From the NCBI RefSeq assembly GCF_965641715.1, contig NZ_OZ282453.1: 64,000 nucleotides of DNA, one strand, 5' to 3'. The position numbers and the translations under genes were made by a program. This stretch comes from Escherichia coli (GTDB lineage: Bacteria > Pseudomonadota > Gammaproteobacteria > Enterobacterales > Enterobacteriaceae). A model generated the notes under the pieces. It made no database searches. It was given only the letters and a program-made list of their open reading frames with translations, and was not told the origin of the DNA. Below are positions 18,732-29,882 of the stretch, piece after piece (within the stretch, counting starts at the first letter, position 1; the number at the start of each line of letters is the position of its first letter).

Positions 18732-18758
18732 GCCGGATGTGATGCATCCGGCATATTT
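18732..18758. terminator. hairpin terminator between convergent phoE and crl
   Basis: gccggatg..catccggc stem followed by T-rich tract. Confidence 0.5.
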
Positions 18759-18761
18759 CAC

Positions 18762-19220
<459 letters not shown>

Positions 19221-20465
19221 TTAACACAAACGTTTTTCGATCCATTCTGTGATTTCCTGAAGACCTTTGTCAAAATTCCGATACACCGGGTTAAATGGGA
19301 TCTCTAATAATTTACCGTCAGCAGATGATGAGGTGATTAAGCGTGAGTCCTCTTCCGGGCTGAACGGATCGTTCTTCCAGTAGCCTGATAACATTGGCGT
19401 TGGGCAGCGACGTCCCAGCAATCCTTGCACTTTTAATGAATAGCGATTCAGCTCCACGCGCAACGCTTCGTCGGAAGCATCATGCATCCCCAAACGACTG
19501 GCCAGAACGTCAAGATACATTTCCGGCACCTGTTGCTGGCACTTAAAATCACTCAACAGGGTATGAACTACCGGACCAAGACAGGCAACCGCTTTCAGAC
19601 GCGGCGATTCAAGGTATGCCAGACGCACGGCAACGTTAGCGCCGAAACGGAAACCAAAGGCCGCGACGCGAGTGTGATCCACCCACGGTACGTTAGGCAG
19701 TGCCTTTAAGACGTGCTGATGCAACAGGCTGGAGTCCTGGGTGAGCTTCCATTTTGAAGAAAAGCCCACCGACGGCATATCAATAGTCAGCATCGCAATG
19801 CCGCGCGGCGCAAAATAACGTTCATACAGGCTGTAATAGTCCGTCTGCATCGCATCCAGACCACCACACATTAATACCGTCGGGAACGGGCCATCGCCTT
19901 TCGGCATATGCAAAAAGCCGGTGATGGGCGCACCGCCAGGTACGGTAAACTCCATCTGCCGCATCGTGCCCGGTAGACGCTGAGCGGCCTCTTCATAGGC
20001 GCGGTTTGACAAAGCCTGCGCTTGCTCGGCCAGGTCATCTCCTTTCAGATGAGGATAGGCGGCAATGTTGTACAACGTAGCCGCATGCAGCCAGTGACGA
20101 CCACTGAGTTGCGGATCTTCTTCCGCACAGGCTTTTTGTTGCCACACCATCGCCTGGGTGGCCCACTCATAAATCCAGTTGCCGCCACGGTAGCCAATCA
20201 CCGTATCGTATAAATCATCGTCGGTACGTTCGGCATCGCTCATCACAATACGTGCCTGGACGTCGAGGATTTCGCGTGGGTCAATGCCGCGCCAGATCCA
20301 CATCAGACGGTTAATCATGCGATACCAGTGAGGGATGGTTTTACCATCAAGGGCCGACTGCACAGGCGGTTGTGCGCCGTGATTAAAGCGGCGGACTAGC
20401 GTCGAGGTTTCAGGATGTTTAAAGCGGGGTTTGAACAGGGTTTCGCTCAGGTTTGCCTGTGTCAT
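19221..20465 (-). CDS. frsA: esterase FrsA
   Basis: 414 aa alpha/beta hydrolase matching FrsA. Confidence 0.9.
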   Translation of the reverse strand: MTQANLSETLFKPRFKHPETSTLVRRFNHGAQPPVQSALDGKTIPHWYRMINRLMWIWRGIDPREILDVQARIVMSDAERTDDDLYDTVIGYRGGNWIYEWATQAMVWQQKACAEEDPQLSGRHWLHAATLYNIAAYPHLKGDDLAEQAQALSNRAYEEAAQRLPGTMRQMEFTVPGGAPITGFLHMPKGDGPFPTVLMCGGLDAMQTDYYSLYERYFAPRGIAMLTIDMPSVGFSSKWKLTQDSSLLHQHVLKALPNVPWVDHTRVAAFGFRFGANVAVRLAYLESPRLKAVACLGPVVHTLLSDFKCQQQVPEMYLDVLASRLGMHDASDEALRVELNRYSLKVQGLLGRRCPTPMLSGYWKNDPFSPEEDSRLITSSSADGKLLEIPFNPVYRNFDKGLQEITEWIEKRLC

Positions 20466-20556
20466 GGATGCAGCCTCCAGAATACTTACTGGAAACTATT
20501 GTAACCTGCCTGAAGTTAAAAAGAACAACGCCCGGCAATGCCAGGCGTTGAAAAGA

Positions 20557-21015
20557 TTAGCGACCGGAGATTGGCGGGACGAATACGACGCCCATATCCC
20601 ACGGCTGTTCGATCCAGGTATCTTGCGGGATATCAACAACATAATCATCAACCAGCGGACGACCAGCCGGTTTTGCAAAGATGGTGACAAAGTGCGCTTT
20701 TGGATACATTTCACGAATCGCAACCGCAGTACCACCGGTATCCACCAGGTCATCAATAACGATGAAGCCTTCGCCATCGCCTTCTGCGCGTTTCAGCACT
20801 TTAAGCTCGCGCTGGTTGTCGTGATCGTAGCTGGAAATACAAACGGTATCGACATGACGAATACCCAGTTCACGCGCCAGTAACGCACCCGGTACCAGAC
20901 CGCCACGGCTTACGGCAATAATGCCTTTCCATTGTTCAGAAGGCATCAGTCGGCTTGCGAGTTTACGTGCATGGATCTGCAACATGTCCCAGGTGACGAT
21001 GTATTTTTCGCTCAT
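20557..21015 (-). CDS. gpt: xanthine-guanine phosphoribosyltransferase
   Basis: 152 aa, [13 protein letters not shown]ase motif. Confidence 0.95.
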
Positions 21016-21275
21016 GTGAAGTGTCCCAGCCTGTTTATCTACGGCTTAAAAAGTGTTCGAGGGGAAAATAGGTTGCGCGAGATTATAGAGATCTGGCGCA
21101 CTAAAAACCAGTATTTCACATGAGTCCGCGTCTTTTTACGCACTGCCTCTCCCTGACGCGGGATAAAGTGGTATTCTCAAACATATCTCGCAAGCATGTC
21201 TTGTGTTGACAACATTTTCTGCTAACCCTGTGACCTGCAATACTGTTTTGCGGGTGATCGACAAGGAGACTTAAC

Positions 21276-22733
21276 GTGTCTGAACTGTCTCAATTATCTC
21301 CACAGCCGCTGTGGGATATTTTTGCCAAAATCTGTTCTATTCCTCACCCGTCCTATCATGAAGAGCAACTCGCTGAATACATTGTTGGTTGGGCAAAAGA
21401 GAAAGGTTTCCATGTCGAACGCGATCAGGTAGGTAATATCCTGATTCGTAAACCTGCTACAGCAGGTATGGAAAATCGTAAACCGGTCGTCTTGCAGGCC
21501 CACCTCGATATGGTGCCGCAGAAAAATAACGACACCGTGCATGACTTCACGAAAGATCCTATCCAGCCTTATATTGATGGCGAATGGGTTAAAGCGCGCG
21601 GCACCACGCTGGGTGCGGATAACGGCATTGGTATGGCCTCTGCACTGGCGGTTCTGGCTGACGAAAACGTGGTTCACGGTCCGCTGGAAGTGCTGCTGAC
21701 TATGACCGAAGAAGCCGGTATGGACGGTGCTTTTGGCTTACAGAGCAACTGGTTGCAGGCTGATATTCTGATTAACACCGACTCCGAAGAAGAAGGTGAA
21801 ATCTACATGGGTTGCGCGGGGGGTATCGACTTCACCTCCAACCTGCATTTAGATCGTGAAGCGGTTCCAGCTAGTTTTGAAACCTTCAAGTTAACCTTAA
21901 AAGGTCTGAAAGGCGGTCACTCCGGCGGTGAAATCCACGTTGGCCTCGGTAATGCCAACAAACTGCTGGTGCGCTTCCTGGCGGGTCATGCAGAAGAACT
22001 GGACCTGCGTCTTATCGATTTCAACGGCGGCACACTGCGTAACGCCATCCCGCGTGAAGCCTTTGCGACCATTGCTGTCGCAGCTGATAAAGTCGACGCC
22101 CTGAAATCTCTGGTGAATACCTATCAGGAGATCCTGAAAAACGAGCTGGCAGAGAAAGAGAAAAATCTGGCCTTGTTGCTGGACTCTGTAGCGAACGATA
22201 AAGCTGCCCTGATTGCGAAATCTCGCGATACCTTTATTCGTCTGCTGAACGCCACCCCGAACGGTGTGATCCGCAATTCCGACGTGGCAAAAGGTGTGGT
22301 CGAAACCTCCCTGAACGTCGGTGTGGTGACCATGACTGACAATAACGTAGAAATTCACTGCCTGATCCGTTCTCTGATCGACAGCGGTAAAGACTACGTG
22401 GTGAGCATGCTGGATTCGCTGGGTAAACTGGCTGGCGCGAAAACCGAAGCGAAAGGCGCATATCCTGGCTGGCAGCCGGACGCTAATTCTCCGGTGATGC
22501 ATCTGGTACGTGAAACCTATCAGCGTCTGTTCAACAAAACGCCGAACATCCAGATTATCCACGCGGGCCTGGAATGTGGTCTGTTCAAAAAACCGTATCC
22601 GGAAATGGACATGGTTTCTATCGGGCCAACAATCACCGGTCCACACTCTCCGGATGAGCAAGTTCACATCGAAAGCGTAGGTCATTACTGGACACTGCTG
22701 ACTGAACTGCTGAAAGAAATTCCGGCGAAGTAA
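21276..22733 (+). CDS. pepD: cytosol non-specific dipeptidase (Xaa-His dipeptidase)
   Basis: 485 aa M20 peptidase, GTG start. Confidence 0.95.
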   Translation: MSELSQLSPQPLWDIFAKICSIPHPSYHEEQLAEYIVGWAKEKGFHVERDQVGNILIRKPATAGMENRKPVVLQAHLDMVPQKNNDTVHDFTKDPIQPYIDGEWVKARGTTLGADNGIGMASALAVLADENVVHGPLEVLLTMTEEAGMDGAFGLQSNWLQADILINTDSEEEGEIYMGCAGGIDFTSNLHLDREAVPASFETFKLTLKGLKGGHSGGEIHVGLGNANKLLVRFLAGHAEELDLRLIDFNGGTLRNAIPREAFATIAVAADKVDALKSLVNTYQEILKNELAEKEKNLALLLDSVANDKAALIAKSRDTFIRLLNATPNGVIRNSDVAKGVVETSLNVGVVTMTDNNVEIHCLIRSLIDSGKDYVVSMLDSLGKLAGAKTEAKGAYPGWQPDANSPVMHLVRETYQRLFNKTPNIQIIHAGLECGLFKKPYPEMDMVSIGPTITGPHSPDEQVHIESVGHYWTLLTELLKEIPAK

Positions 22734-22745
22734 TTATTTGATTTG

Positions 22746-22781
22746 CTGCCGGATGGCGTTTAATCGCCTTCCGGCAGTTTC
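22746..22781. terminator. hairpin terminator downstream of pepD
   Basis: ctgccggatggcg..cgccttccggcag imperfect palindrome then TTTC. Confidence 0.45.
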
Positions 22782-22789
22782 ATCCTTCA

Positions 22790-23158
22790 TTATCCTTCGA
22801 TAAATGCCATCCCTGTAAACGTTCGTCGCGGGTTGCCACGTTCAATCTGGTGATGGAACATTCGCCGCTGCGATTTCAGCGCCGCGCTATTTTCCTGTTG
22901 CTGTTGCTCCAGCTTCCAGGCAATCAGCAATCGCGCCAGCCGTTTGTTAGCATGCTGGCTGCGTTCTGACTGAACCTTCACGCTAATCCCGGTTGCCAGA
23001 TGCGTGGCGCGTACCGCCGAGTCGGTTTTATTGACATGTTGACCGCCCGGCCCCGACGAACGCAGCGTGTCAGGATAACGCCCGGCTTCGGTTTCCAGCA
23101 CCGTTACCGCGACGTCTTGTCGGGTAAAAACGACCAACAGAGAAGAACGCTGCGCCAA
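22790..23158 (-). pseudogene. prfH: peptide chain release factor homolog RF-H, 5'-truncated fragment
   Basis: GGQ motif [11 protein letters not shown] present but protein only 122 aa; upstream rtcB-like fragment in another frame. Confidence 0.7.
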
Positions 23159-23324
23159 TCGGGTAGCCGCGTCCGGGGTGTAAATCTGGCATCCCCACTA
23201 CGCGCTGCATGTTGGGTAAATTTGCCGTGGTGTGTAATTGTTGGATCGCTAAACTCTCGATCCACAGGTCATCAGATGCGATGGTAAATACCGCATCGGA
23301 TAAGGGACGAATATATTTGCCCAT
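23140..23324 (-). pseudogene. ykfJ: RtcB-like ligase N-terminal fragment (ykfJ-type remnant)
   Basis: [57 protein letters not shown] then frame lost; boundaries approximate. Confidence 0.5.
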
Positions 23325-23641
23325 GTACCATTCCATTTATACTCGTCATACTTCAAGTTGCATGTACTGCGACTGCGTTCGTTCACCCCAGTCACTTACT
23401 TATGTAAGCTCCTGGGGATTCACTCGCTTGTCGCCTTCCTGCAACTCGAATTATTTAGAGTATATAAATATAAAAATCAGGAAATGGCAGACGAATCCAG
23501 GGCAAGAAAAAAAGAATTAATCCTGGAAAGGTCTGCAAAGAGTCATTGATAAAGGATTTGTCATGATTTACCTCCTTGCAGTTTGTGGAATAAGAAAACG
23601 CGCACATACCAGGCGGGCGTTATTTTCATTGCAAGCTGGAT

Positions 23642-24094
23642 TTAATGTTGCGGTTTATATCGCATATAAAAATTAGTAAACCAAGCTCCACGGCATTCAA
23701 CGCGCTGCTGCTTAACTGTCTGAAAACCATAACGTTCAAAAAAGGGTTTTGCGGTTATGCTGGCGTCCACCGTAAGTTCGGATTCAGACTTAATCAAAGG
23801 TTTTAACAAAGCGCTGGCAACCCCACGGCGGGTGTATTCAGGGTCAACAAATAACATATCGATATAATGTTCAATGCGGGAAATAAAACCAACCGGTTGT
23901 GCATTAATGACTGCAACCCGCACTTGTGATTTCGCGAGTTTCTCCTTCCAGCGAGATTCGTCAATCTGCGCCCAGGCGGCAATTTGTTGTGGTGAATAAT
24001 GCTGACTGGCGGTCATCATAACCGCTCTAATGAAAATAGCGCATAGTTGCTGAAAATCGCCAGGCTGATAGTTTCTTATTTGTATGTTATTCAT
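23642..24094 (-). CDS. yafP: GNAT-family acetyltransferase
   Basis: MNNIQIRNYQPGDFQQLCAIF start matches YafP; ORF track adds spurious upstream codons. Confidence 0.85.
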   Translation of the reverse strand: MNNIQIRNYQPGDFQQLCAIFIRAVMMTASQHYSPQQIAAWAQIDESRWKEKLAKSQVRVAVINAQPVGFISRIEHYIDMLFVDPEYTRRGVASALLKPLIKSESELTVDASITAKPFFERYGFQTVKQQRVECRGAWFTNFYMRYKPQH

Positions 24095-24125
24095 AATGTA
24101 AGTTTTGTTTTGAATACCCGCATCC

Positions 24126-24419
24126 TTATTCCTTAAAGTCATTGAAATCATCATCCGTCATATCATTAAGATATTGTTCAGCGCGGCGTGTAATTTCCTC
24201 TAATCTTGCAGCACTTGGACGGAAGCGCGCCTTTATGGGCTTTTTCTCCTCTTGTTCAGCAAGCATGTCCATTAACGCTTCGAATGCGCTGGCACTTAAG
24301 AGATATCCTGCGGGGCGATTATTAGAAAGAACCGCAACCGGTTGATCAATAAAGTATTTAGCTGGGTTTTTACGTAACTCAGTAATATTGACCGATTTTT
24401 CAGCGAGAATTCGATGCAT
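24126..24419 (-). CDS. yafN: antitoxin YafN (Phd/YefM family)
   Basis: 97 aa match to YafN. Confidence 0.9.
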   Translation of the reverse strand: MHRILAEKSVNITELRKNPAKYFIDQPVAVLSNNRPAGYLLSASAFEALMDMLAEQEEKKPIKARFRPSAARLEEITRRAEQYLNDMTDDDFNDFKE

Positions 24420-24470
24420 ACAGTGATCCCCTCATAATAATGCACACTAGAATAGACATAATAGTATACA

Positions 24471-25526
24471 TCATAATCCCAGCACCAGTTGTCTTTCCAT
24501 TTGAGGGTCAAGCAACGTCACATGCAGCCCCACCAGTCGCACACCGCGCCCACCGCGGCGTTCATCCCAGGTTTTACGCGCGGTGGCGATTAGATCAGCT
24601 TTATTCAGCCGCGGCCAGACGTGCTCCTGGGTGGTTTGCTGAAAATCGTCGAACTTTAATTTCACCCCCTGGCGAGCAATCAGTAAATCAGGTTTTACCT
24701 TTGCCAGACGGCGTTCAAGTTCCGGATACAGCCGCTCGATAATCGCTTCACATTCAGACCAGTGATGAATATCTTCCGCCATCGTGCGTTCCACGCCGAC
24801 GGATTTTCGTAACCGTTCGCTGTTAACATCGCGCTCGTCAATCCCCTGACTACGCTCCCACAAAATGCGGCCAAATTTGCCAAAGCGTTTAAGCAGAATC
24901 ACCAGATCACACTTTTGTACATCACCGCAGGTCCGCAGCCCCATCGCTTCCAGTTTTGCCGCCGAGACTTTGCCGACGCCGGGGATTTTTGCCAGCGGTA
25001 AGGTTTGCAGAAATGCCGGAACTTCTGCCGGAGTAATCACAAACTGGCCGTTGGGTTTATTCATGTCGGAGGCGATTTTGGCGAGAAACTTTACTGGTGC
25101 CACGCCCGCAGACGCCGTCAGTTGCAGCTCGCTGAAAATCGTCTGGCGGATTTCCTGGGCGATGAGGGTCGCAGAACCGTGGCAATGGACGCTGTCGGTG
25201 ACATCGAGATAAGCCTCATCCAGTGACAACGGCTCAATGCGCGAGGTGTAGCGCGAGAAGATTTCACGGATATGATTTGAGGCTTCTTTGTAGGCGTCAA
25301 AGCGCCCCGGAAGCAAGGTGAGATGTGGGCATAATTTGAGCGCCATCCCTGTCGGCATAGCGCTGCGTACGCCAAATTTACGCGCGGGATAATTGGCGGT
25401 GCTGATCACCCCCCGACGTTCGCGGCTGCCGCCAATAGCAATAGGGATATCGCGCAGGGCGGGATTGTCGCGCATCTCCACTGCGGCGAAAAAGCAGTCC
25501 ATATCCACATGAATGATTTTACGCAT
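24471..25526 (-). CDS. dinB: DNA polymerase IV
   Basis: 351 aa Y-family polymerase. Confidence 0.95.
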   Translation of the reverse strand: MRKIIHVDMDCFFAAVEMRDNPALRDIPIAIGGSRERRGVISTANYPARKFGVRSAMPTGMALKLCPHLTLLPGRFDAYKEASNHIREIFSRYTSRIEPLSLDEAYLDVTDSVHCHGSATLIAQEIRQTIFSELQLTASAGVAPVKFLAKIASDMNKPNGQFVITPAEVPAFLQTLPLAKIPGVGKVSAAKLEAMGLRTCGDVQKCDLVILLKRFGKFGRILWERSQGIDERDVNSERLRKSVGVERTMAEDIHHWSECEAIIERLYPELERRLAKVKPDLLIARQGVKLKFDDFQQTTQEHVWPRLNKADLIATARKTWDERRGGRGVRLVGLHVTLLDPQMERQLVLGL

Positions 25527-25540
25527 TACTCACCTCTCAA

Positions 25541-25560
25541 CACTGGTAAAGTATACAGTG
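25541..25560 (-). promoter_or_regulatory. LexA (SOS) box upstream of dinB
   Basis: minus-strand cactgtatactttaccagtg = CTG-N10-CAG, 15-34 nt upstream of dinB ATG. Confidence 0.7.
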
Positions 25561-25596
25561 ATTTCAGGGTTTGAGAAATGCGTAAAGATTCAGCAT

Positions 25597-26300
25597 TTAG
25601 CGCGTTCGCTGCGAAAGCACCTGCTGCTTATCCAGCTTTTGCACCAGCGGCTGCACCACTTTATCCCCATGCTGACCAAAGTATTGATACAGCGTATCGG
25701 ACGCACTTTTGGTCAGCACCATAATCTCAATACGCCGATTGCCCGCGCTTTGCGGATTTTTGGCATCCAGCAGCATCTGGTCAGCCATTGCGCTTACCTG
25801 CATCACTTTATCTTCCGGCATTCCGGCCTCTTCCAGCACCCGACGAGCCGAAAGCGCGCGATCGCCCGAAAGGTTCCAGTTGTTGTAGATATTGTTTTTG
25901 TAGGCCATCGCATCGGTATGCCCGGTAATAATAATTTTGTTATCGAGCGAGTCGAACACTGGCGCGAGCTCCACCAGCAGCGTTTTAAAGAACGGCATAA
26001 TCTGCGCGCTGCCGCGTTCAAACATATTGCGGTTCTGGTCGTCTTTAATCAGCACGCGTAATCCCTGCGGGACAATCTCCATCTCCAGATTCGCTTCCAT
26101 ATGCGCATCACGGGCAATGGTGTTGATACTGGTTGCCAACTCGCCAAGCTCGGTGGCGGATTTCTTCTTCAGCAGCGCCGTTTTCTCATTCACATCACGC
26201 GCTTTTTTCTCCGTCTCTTCCGGCACCGCCACGGTGGCAGGTTTTGGCGGATGAGACGGGCTGATTTTATTTAACGGCGACAGCCCACCACCGTTAAAAA
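25597..26300 (-). pseudogene. lafU: lateral flagellar motor protein LafU (MotB-like) 3' fragment
   Basis: OmpA-like C-terminus with NRRIEIMVL; 5' end replaced at junction ~26300-26330; upper boundary approximate. Confidence 0.6.
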
Positions 26301-26326
26301 TCGACTGCCCGTGCAGCGCGGCGATA

Positions 26327-28066
26327 ATGCTTTCACGCTCGGATTTACTGACGCTGTTGACAATCAACTTTATCGTCGTCACCAAAGGGGCCGAGCGTAT
26401 TTCCGAGGTTTCTGCCCGCTTTACCCTGGACGCGATGCCCGGCAAACAGATGGCGATTGACGCTGACCTTAACGCCGGGTTGATCAACCAGGCGCAGGCG
26501 CAAACCCGGCGTAAAGATGTCGCCAGCGAGGCCGATTTCTACGGCGCGATGGACGGGGCGTCGAAGTTTGTGCGCGGGGATGCCATCGCCGGGATGATGA
26601 TTCTGGCGATCAACCTGATCGGTGGTGTCTGTATCGGGATCTTCAAATACAACCTGAGCGCTGACGCTGCCTTCCAGCAATATGTGCTGATGACCATCGG
26701 CGACGGGCTGGTGGCGCAGATCCCTTCCCTGCTGCTCTCCACCGCGGCGGCGATTATCGTCACCCGCGTCAGCGACAACGGCGATATCGCCCATGACGTA
26801 CGCCACCAACTGCTGGCAAGCCCGTCGGTGCTCTACACCGCTACCGGAATTATGTTTGTGCTGGCGGTAGTGCCGGGGATGCCCCACCTGCCGTTTTTGC
26901 TGTTCAGCGCCCTGCTTGGCTTTACCGGCTGGCGGATGAGCAAACGCCCGCAGGCGGCGGAGGCGGAAGAGAAAAGCCTCGAAACGCTGACCCGTACCAT
27001 CACCGAAACCAGCGAGCAACAGGTCAGTTGGGAGACTATTCCGCTGATCGAGCCTATCAGTTTAAGCCTCGGCTACAAGCTGGTGGCGCTGGTGGACAAA
27101 GCCCAGGGCAACCCGCTCACCCAGCGTATTCGCGGCGTGCGACAGGTGATATCCGACGGCAACGGCGTGCTGCTGCCGGAGATCCGCATTCGGGAAAACT
27201 TCCGCCTTAAGCCCAGTCAGTACGCTATTTTCATCAACGGCATTAAGGCCGATGAAGCAGATATTCCGGCGGATAAACTGATGGCCCTGCCCTCCAGCGA
27301 AACCTACGGCGAGATAGACGGCGTGCTGGGGAACGACCCGGCGTACGGGATGCCGGTGACCTGGATCCAGCCCGCGCAGAAGGCGAAGGCACTAAATATG
27401 GGGTATCAGGTGATCGACAGCGCCAGCGTGATTGCCACCCATGTGAATAAGATTGTACGCAGCTATATTCCTGATTTGTTTAACTATGACGACATCACAC
27501 AGTTGCATAACCGTTTGTCGTCGATGGCACCGCGCCTGGCGGAGGATTTAAGCGCGGCGCTGAATTACAGCCAGTTGCTGAAAGTGTACCGCACACTACT
27601 GACCGAAGGCGTTTCCCTGCGCGACATCGTCACCATCGCCACCGTGCTGGTCGCCAGTAGCGCGGTGACCAAAGATCACATTCTGCTGGCGGCCGATGTG
27701 CGCCTGGCGCTGCGGCGCAGCATTACTCATCCGTTCGTTCGCAAACAGGAGCTGACGGTGTATACGCTGAATAATGAGCTGGAAAATCTGCTCACCAACG
27801 TAGTGAATCAGGCGCAACAGGGCGGCAAAGTGATGCTCGACAGCGTGCCGGTCGACCCGAATATGCTCAACCAGTTCCAGAGCACGATGCCGCAGGTGAA
27901 GGAGCAGATGAAAGCGGCGGGGAAAGATCCGGTGCTGCTGGTGCCGCCGCAGTTGCGTCCTTTGCTGGCGCGCTATGCAAGGTTGTTTGCGCCGGGGCTG
28001 CATGTGCTGTCGTATAACGAAGTGCCGGACGAGCTGGAGTTGAAGATTATGGGGGCCTTGAGTTGA
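26327..28066 (+). pseudogene. lfhA: lateral flagellar export protein LfhA (FlhA-like), promoterless 5'-truncated fragment
   Basis: begins inside the FlhA motif FTLDAMPGKQMAIDADLNAGLI..FYGAMDGASKFVRGDAIAG; lacks N-terminal TM segments. Confidence 0.65.
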
Positions 28067-28096
28067 TTGAGGAGGCTATATAAGGGCCAGGACCGT

Positions 28097-28185
28097 CCCC
28101 TCGCCCCTTTGGGGAGAGGGTTAGGGTGAGGGGAAAGTGCGCGCTGAGCCCCTCACCCCGGCCCTCTCCCCAAAGGGGCGAGGGA
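28097..28185. repeat. REP-type imperfect palindrome (two ~36-bp inverted arms)
   Basis: ccctcgcccctttggggagagggttagggtgagggg ... cccctcaccccggccctctccccaaaggggcgaggg. Confidence 0.6.
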
Positions 28186-28227
28186 GAAAATCGTGTACGA
28201 CTTTAGCTTTTTCGCGGTATTGCCGTC

Positions 28228-28977
28228 CTACAAAATCGTCTCTTCCGTCAAAATCCGCCGCGCGCCTAAAAAATGATCCTGCCAGAAAGGTTCAGCTAAC
28301 CGACTTACCCGAATGGTTTCCCCGGTGCGCGGTGACTCAATAAACTGACCGTCGCCCAGATACACCCCCATATGGTCGGCAATCTCGCGGCTGTGGATAT
28401 GGAAAAACAGCAAATCTCCCCGGCGCAGGTCGTTATTCGCCACAATCGTTGCCCGATGGTAGTGATACATCTCATTAGCCGTACGCGGGAGCTTCGCCTC
28501 GAGGATCTTGTTGTAGGCATAAAAAACCAACCCGCTACAGTCAAAGCCTTTATCAGGCCGCGTGCCGCCCCAGACGTAAGGCTTGCCAAGCTGCTGCTCC
28601 AGGCGGTGAATCGCCACTTCGGTGATGTTATGCAGATGGTCGCTGCTTAAAAAGTGGTTATTTTCCGCCAGCGCCTGCCAGCGTCTGTCACTCGCCTTGA
28701 GCGGCGCAGGAAACCATTCTGGATGCTGTTTTATCTGTTCGCGGTTGTGCTGGCGCAGCGCCCTTCTGCTTTCGGCATTGCCTTCCACAATATAGCTGGC
28801 CTGCTTTTTCAGATGGGTTTGGTACTGTTTTAATAAACGCGCACGGTTTTGCATCCGCTGGCGGGCGGCGTAGCTGAAAGAGATATGTGATGTGGTGGCG
28901 CAGGCAAATGAAGAAAACGGCAAGCAAAGCAACAGTAATCCCGACAACACAAAAGAGGGAATCGACGGCAAAGACAT
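28228..28977 (-). CDS. yafL: NlpC/P60-family lipoprotein endopeptidase
   Basis: lipoprotein signal and C-terminal NlpC/P60 region (YVWGG...DCSGLV...H). Confidence 0.85.
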   Translation of the reverse strand: MSLPSIPSFVLSGLLLLCLPFSSFACATTSHISFSYAARQRMQNRARLLKQYQTHLKKQASYIVEGNAESRRALRQHNREQIKQHPEWFPAPLKASDRRWQALAENNHFLSSDHLHNITEVAIHRLEQQLGKPYVWGGTRPDKGFDCSGLVFYAYNKILEAKLPRTANEMYHYHRATIVANNDLRRGDLLFFHIHSREIADHMGVYLGDGQFIESPRTGETIRVSRLAEPFWQDHFLGARRILTEETIL

Positions 28978-29154
28978 TCTCAATAATGGCTGGTCATGCA
29001 TTGATGTTGCAGTGTATCCTGGCCCGTACCTGAACAAACTTAATAAACCATTATTATAAAATTAATAAATATATTTCAGTTTATTATGTAAAAACATCCG
29101 TTTATTAAATTACTCATGGATTGTCGCTGTTGCTCATTTGAGCTACAATTCAAG

Positions 29155-29170
29155 CTGAATAAATATACAG
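29155..29170 (+). promoter_or_regulatory. LexA (SOS) box upstream of dinJ
   Basis: CTGaataaatataCAG, 17 nt upstream of dinJ ATG. Confidence 0.6.
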
Positions 29171-29186
29171 CACAGGAGATACCCCA

Positions 29187-29447
29187 ATGGCTGCTAACGC
29201 GTTTGTTCGCGCCCGAATCGATGAAGATCTGAAGAATCAGGCGGCGGACGTACTGGCCGGGATGGGGCTGACCATCTCTGACCTGGTTCGCATAACCCTC
29301 ACAAAGGTCGCGCGTGAAAAGGCATTGCCGTTTGATTTACGCGAGCCTAATCAATTAACCATTCAATCAATCAAAAACAGCGAAGCTGGCGTTGATGTTC
29401 ATAAGGCCAAAGACGCCGATGATTTATTTGATAAATTAGGAATTTAA
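29187..29447 (+). CDS. dinJ: antitoxin DinJ (RelB family)
   Basis: 86 aa match to DinJ. Confidence 0.9.
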   Translation: MAANAFVRARIDEDLKNQAADVLAGMGLTISDLVRITLTKVAREKALPFDLREPNQLTIQSIKNSEAGVDVHKAKDADDLFDKLGI

Positions 29448-29449
29448 AT

Positions 29450-29730
29450 ATGATTCAAAGGGATATTGAATACTCGGACAATTTTCAAAGGATGTAAAAC
29501 TTGCACAAAAGCGTCATAAGGATATGAATAAATTGAAATATCTTATGACGCTTCTTATCAATAATACTTTACCGCTTCCAGCTGTTTATAAAGACCACCC
29601 GCTGCAAGGTTCATGGAAAGGTTATCGCGATGCTCATGTCGAACCGGACTGGCTCCTGATTTACAAACTTACCGATAAACTTTTACGATTTGAGAGAACT
29701 GGAACTCACGCGGCGCTCTTTGGGTAAAGC
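29450..29730 (+). pseudogene. yafQ: toxin YafQ, frameshifted near the 5' end
   Basis: ATG at 29450 gives MIQRDIEYSDNFQRM then TAA; the YafQ body (MNKLKYLMTLL...) continues from 29524 in a different frame. Confidence 0.65.
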
Positions 29731-29882
29731 CCGCTTCCGATGAAATTTGTAAACCCTGCGCCGACAGGCTTGCGTAAAACTCTTTTGGTGATAATGTGAG
29801 CCTTCCAAATCCAGACTATTCCGATTTGGGATCCATTTTGCCGTCCTGGCGTGTGTAACCGTTTTATCAAGGAATAAGCAGT

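Noticed and set aside
21897-22685. 262-aa ORF antisense to pepD
   Set aside because: Entirely within pepD on the opposite strand; His/Gln/Arg-rich composition typical of spurious antisense frames
26345-27019. 224-aa ORF antisense to lfhA, and the N-terminal extension of the lafU ORF (26300-26487)
   Set aside because: Both lie across the deletion junction or inside the FlhA-like frame; the lafU homology starts only downstream of ~26300
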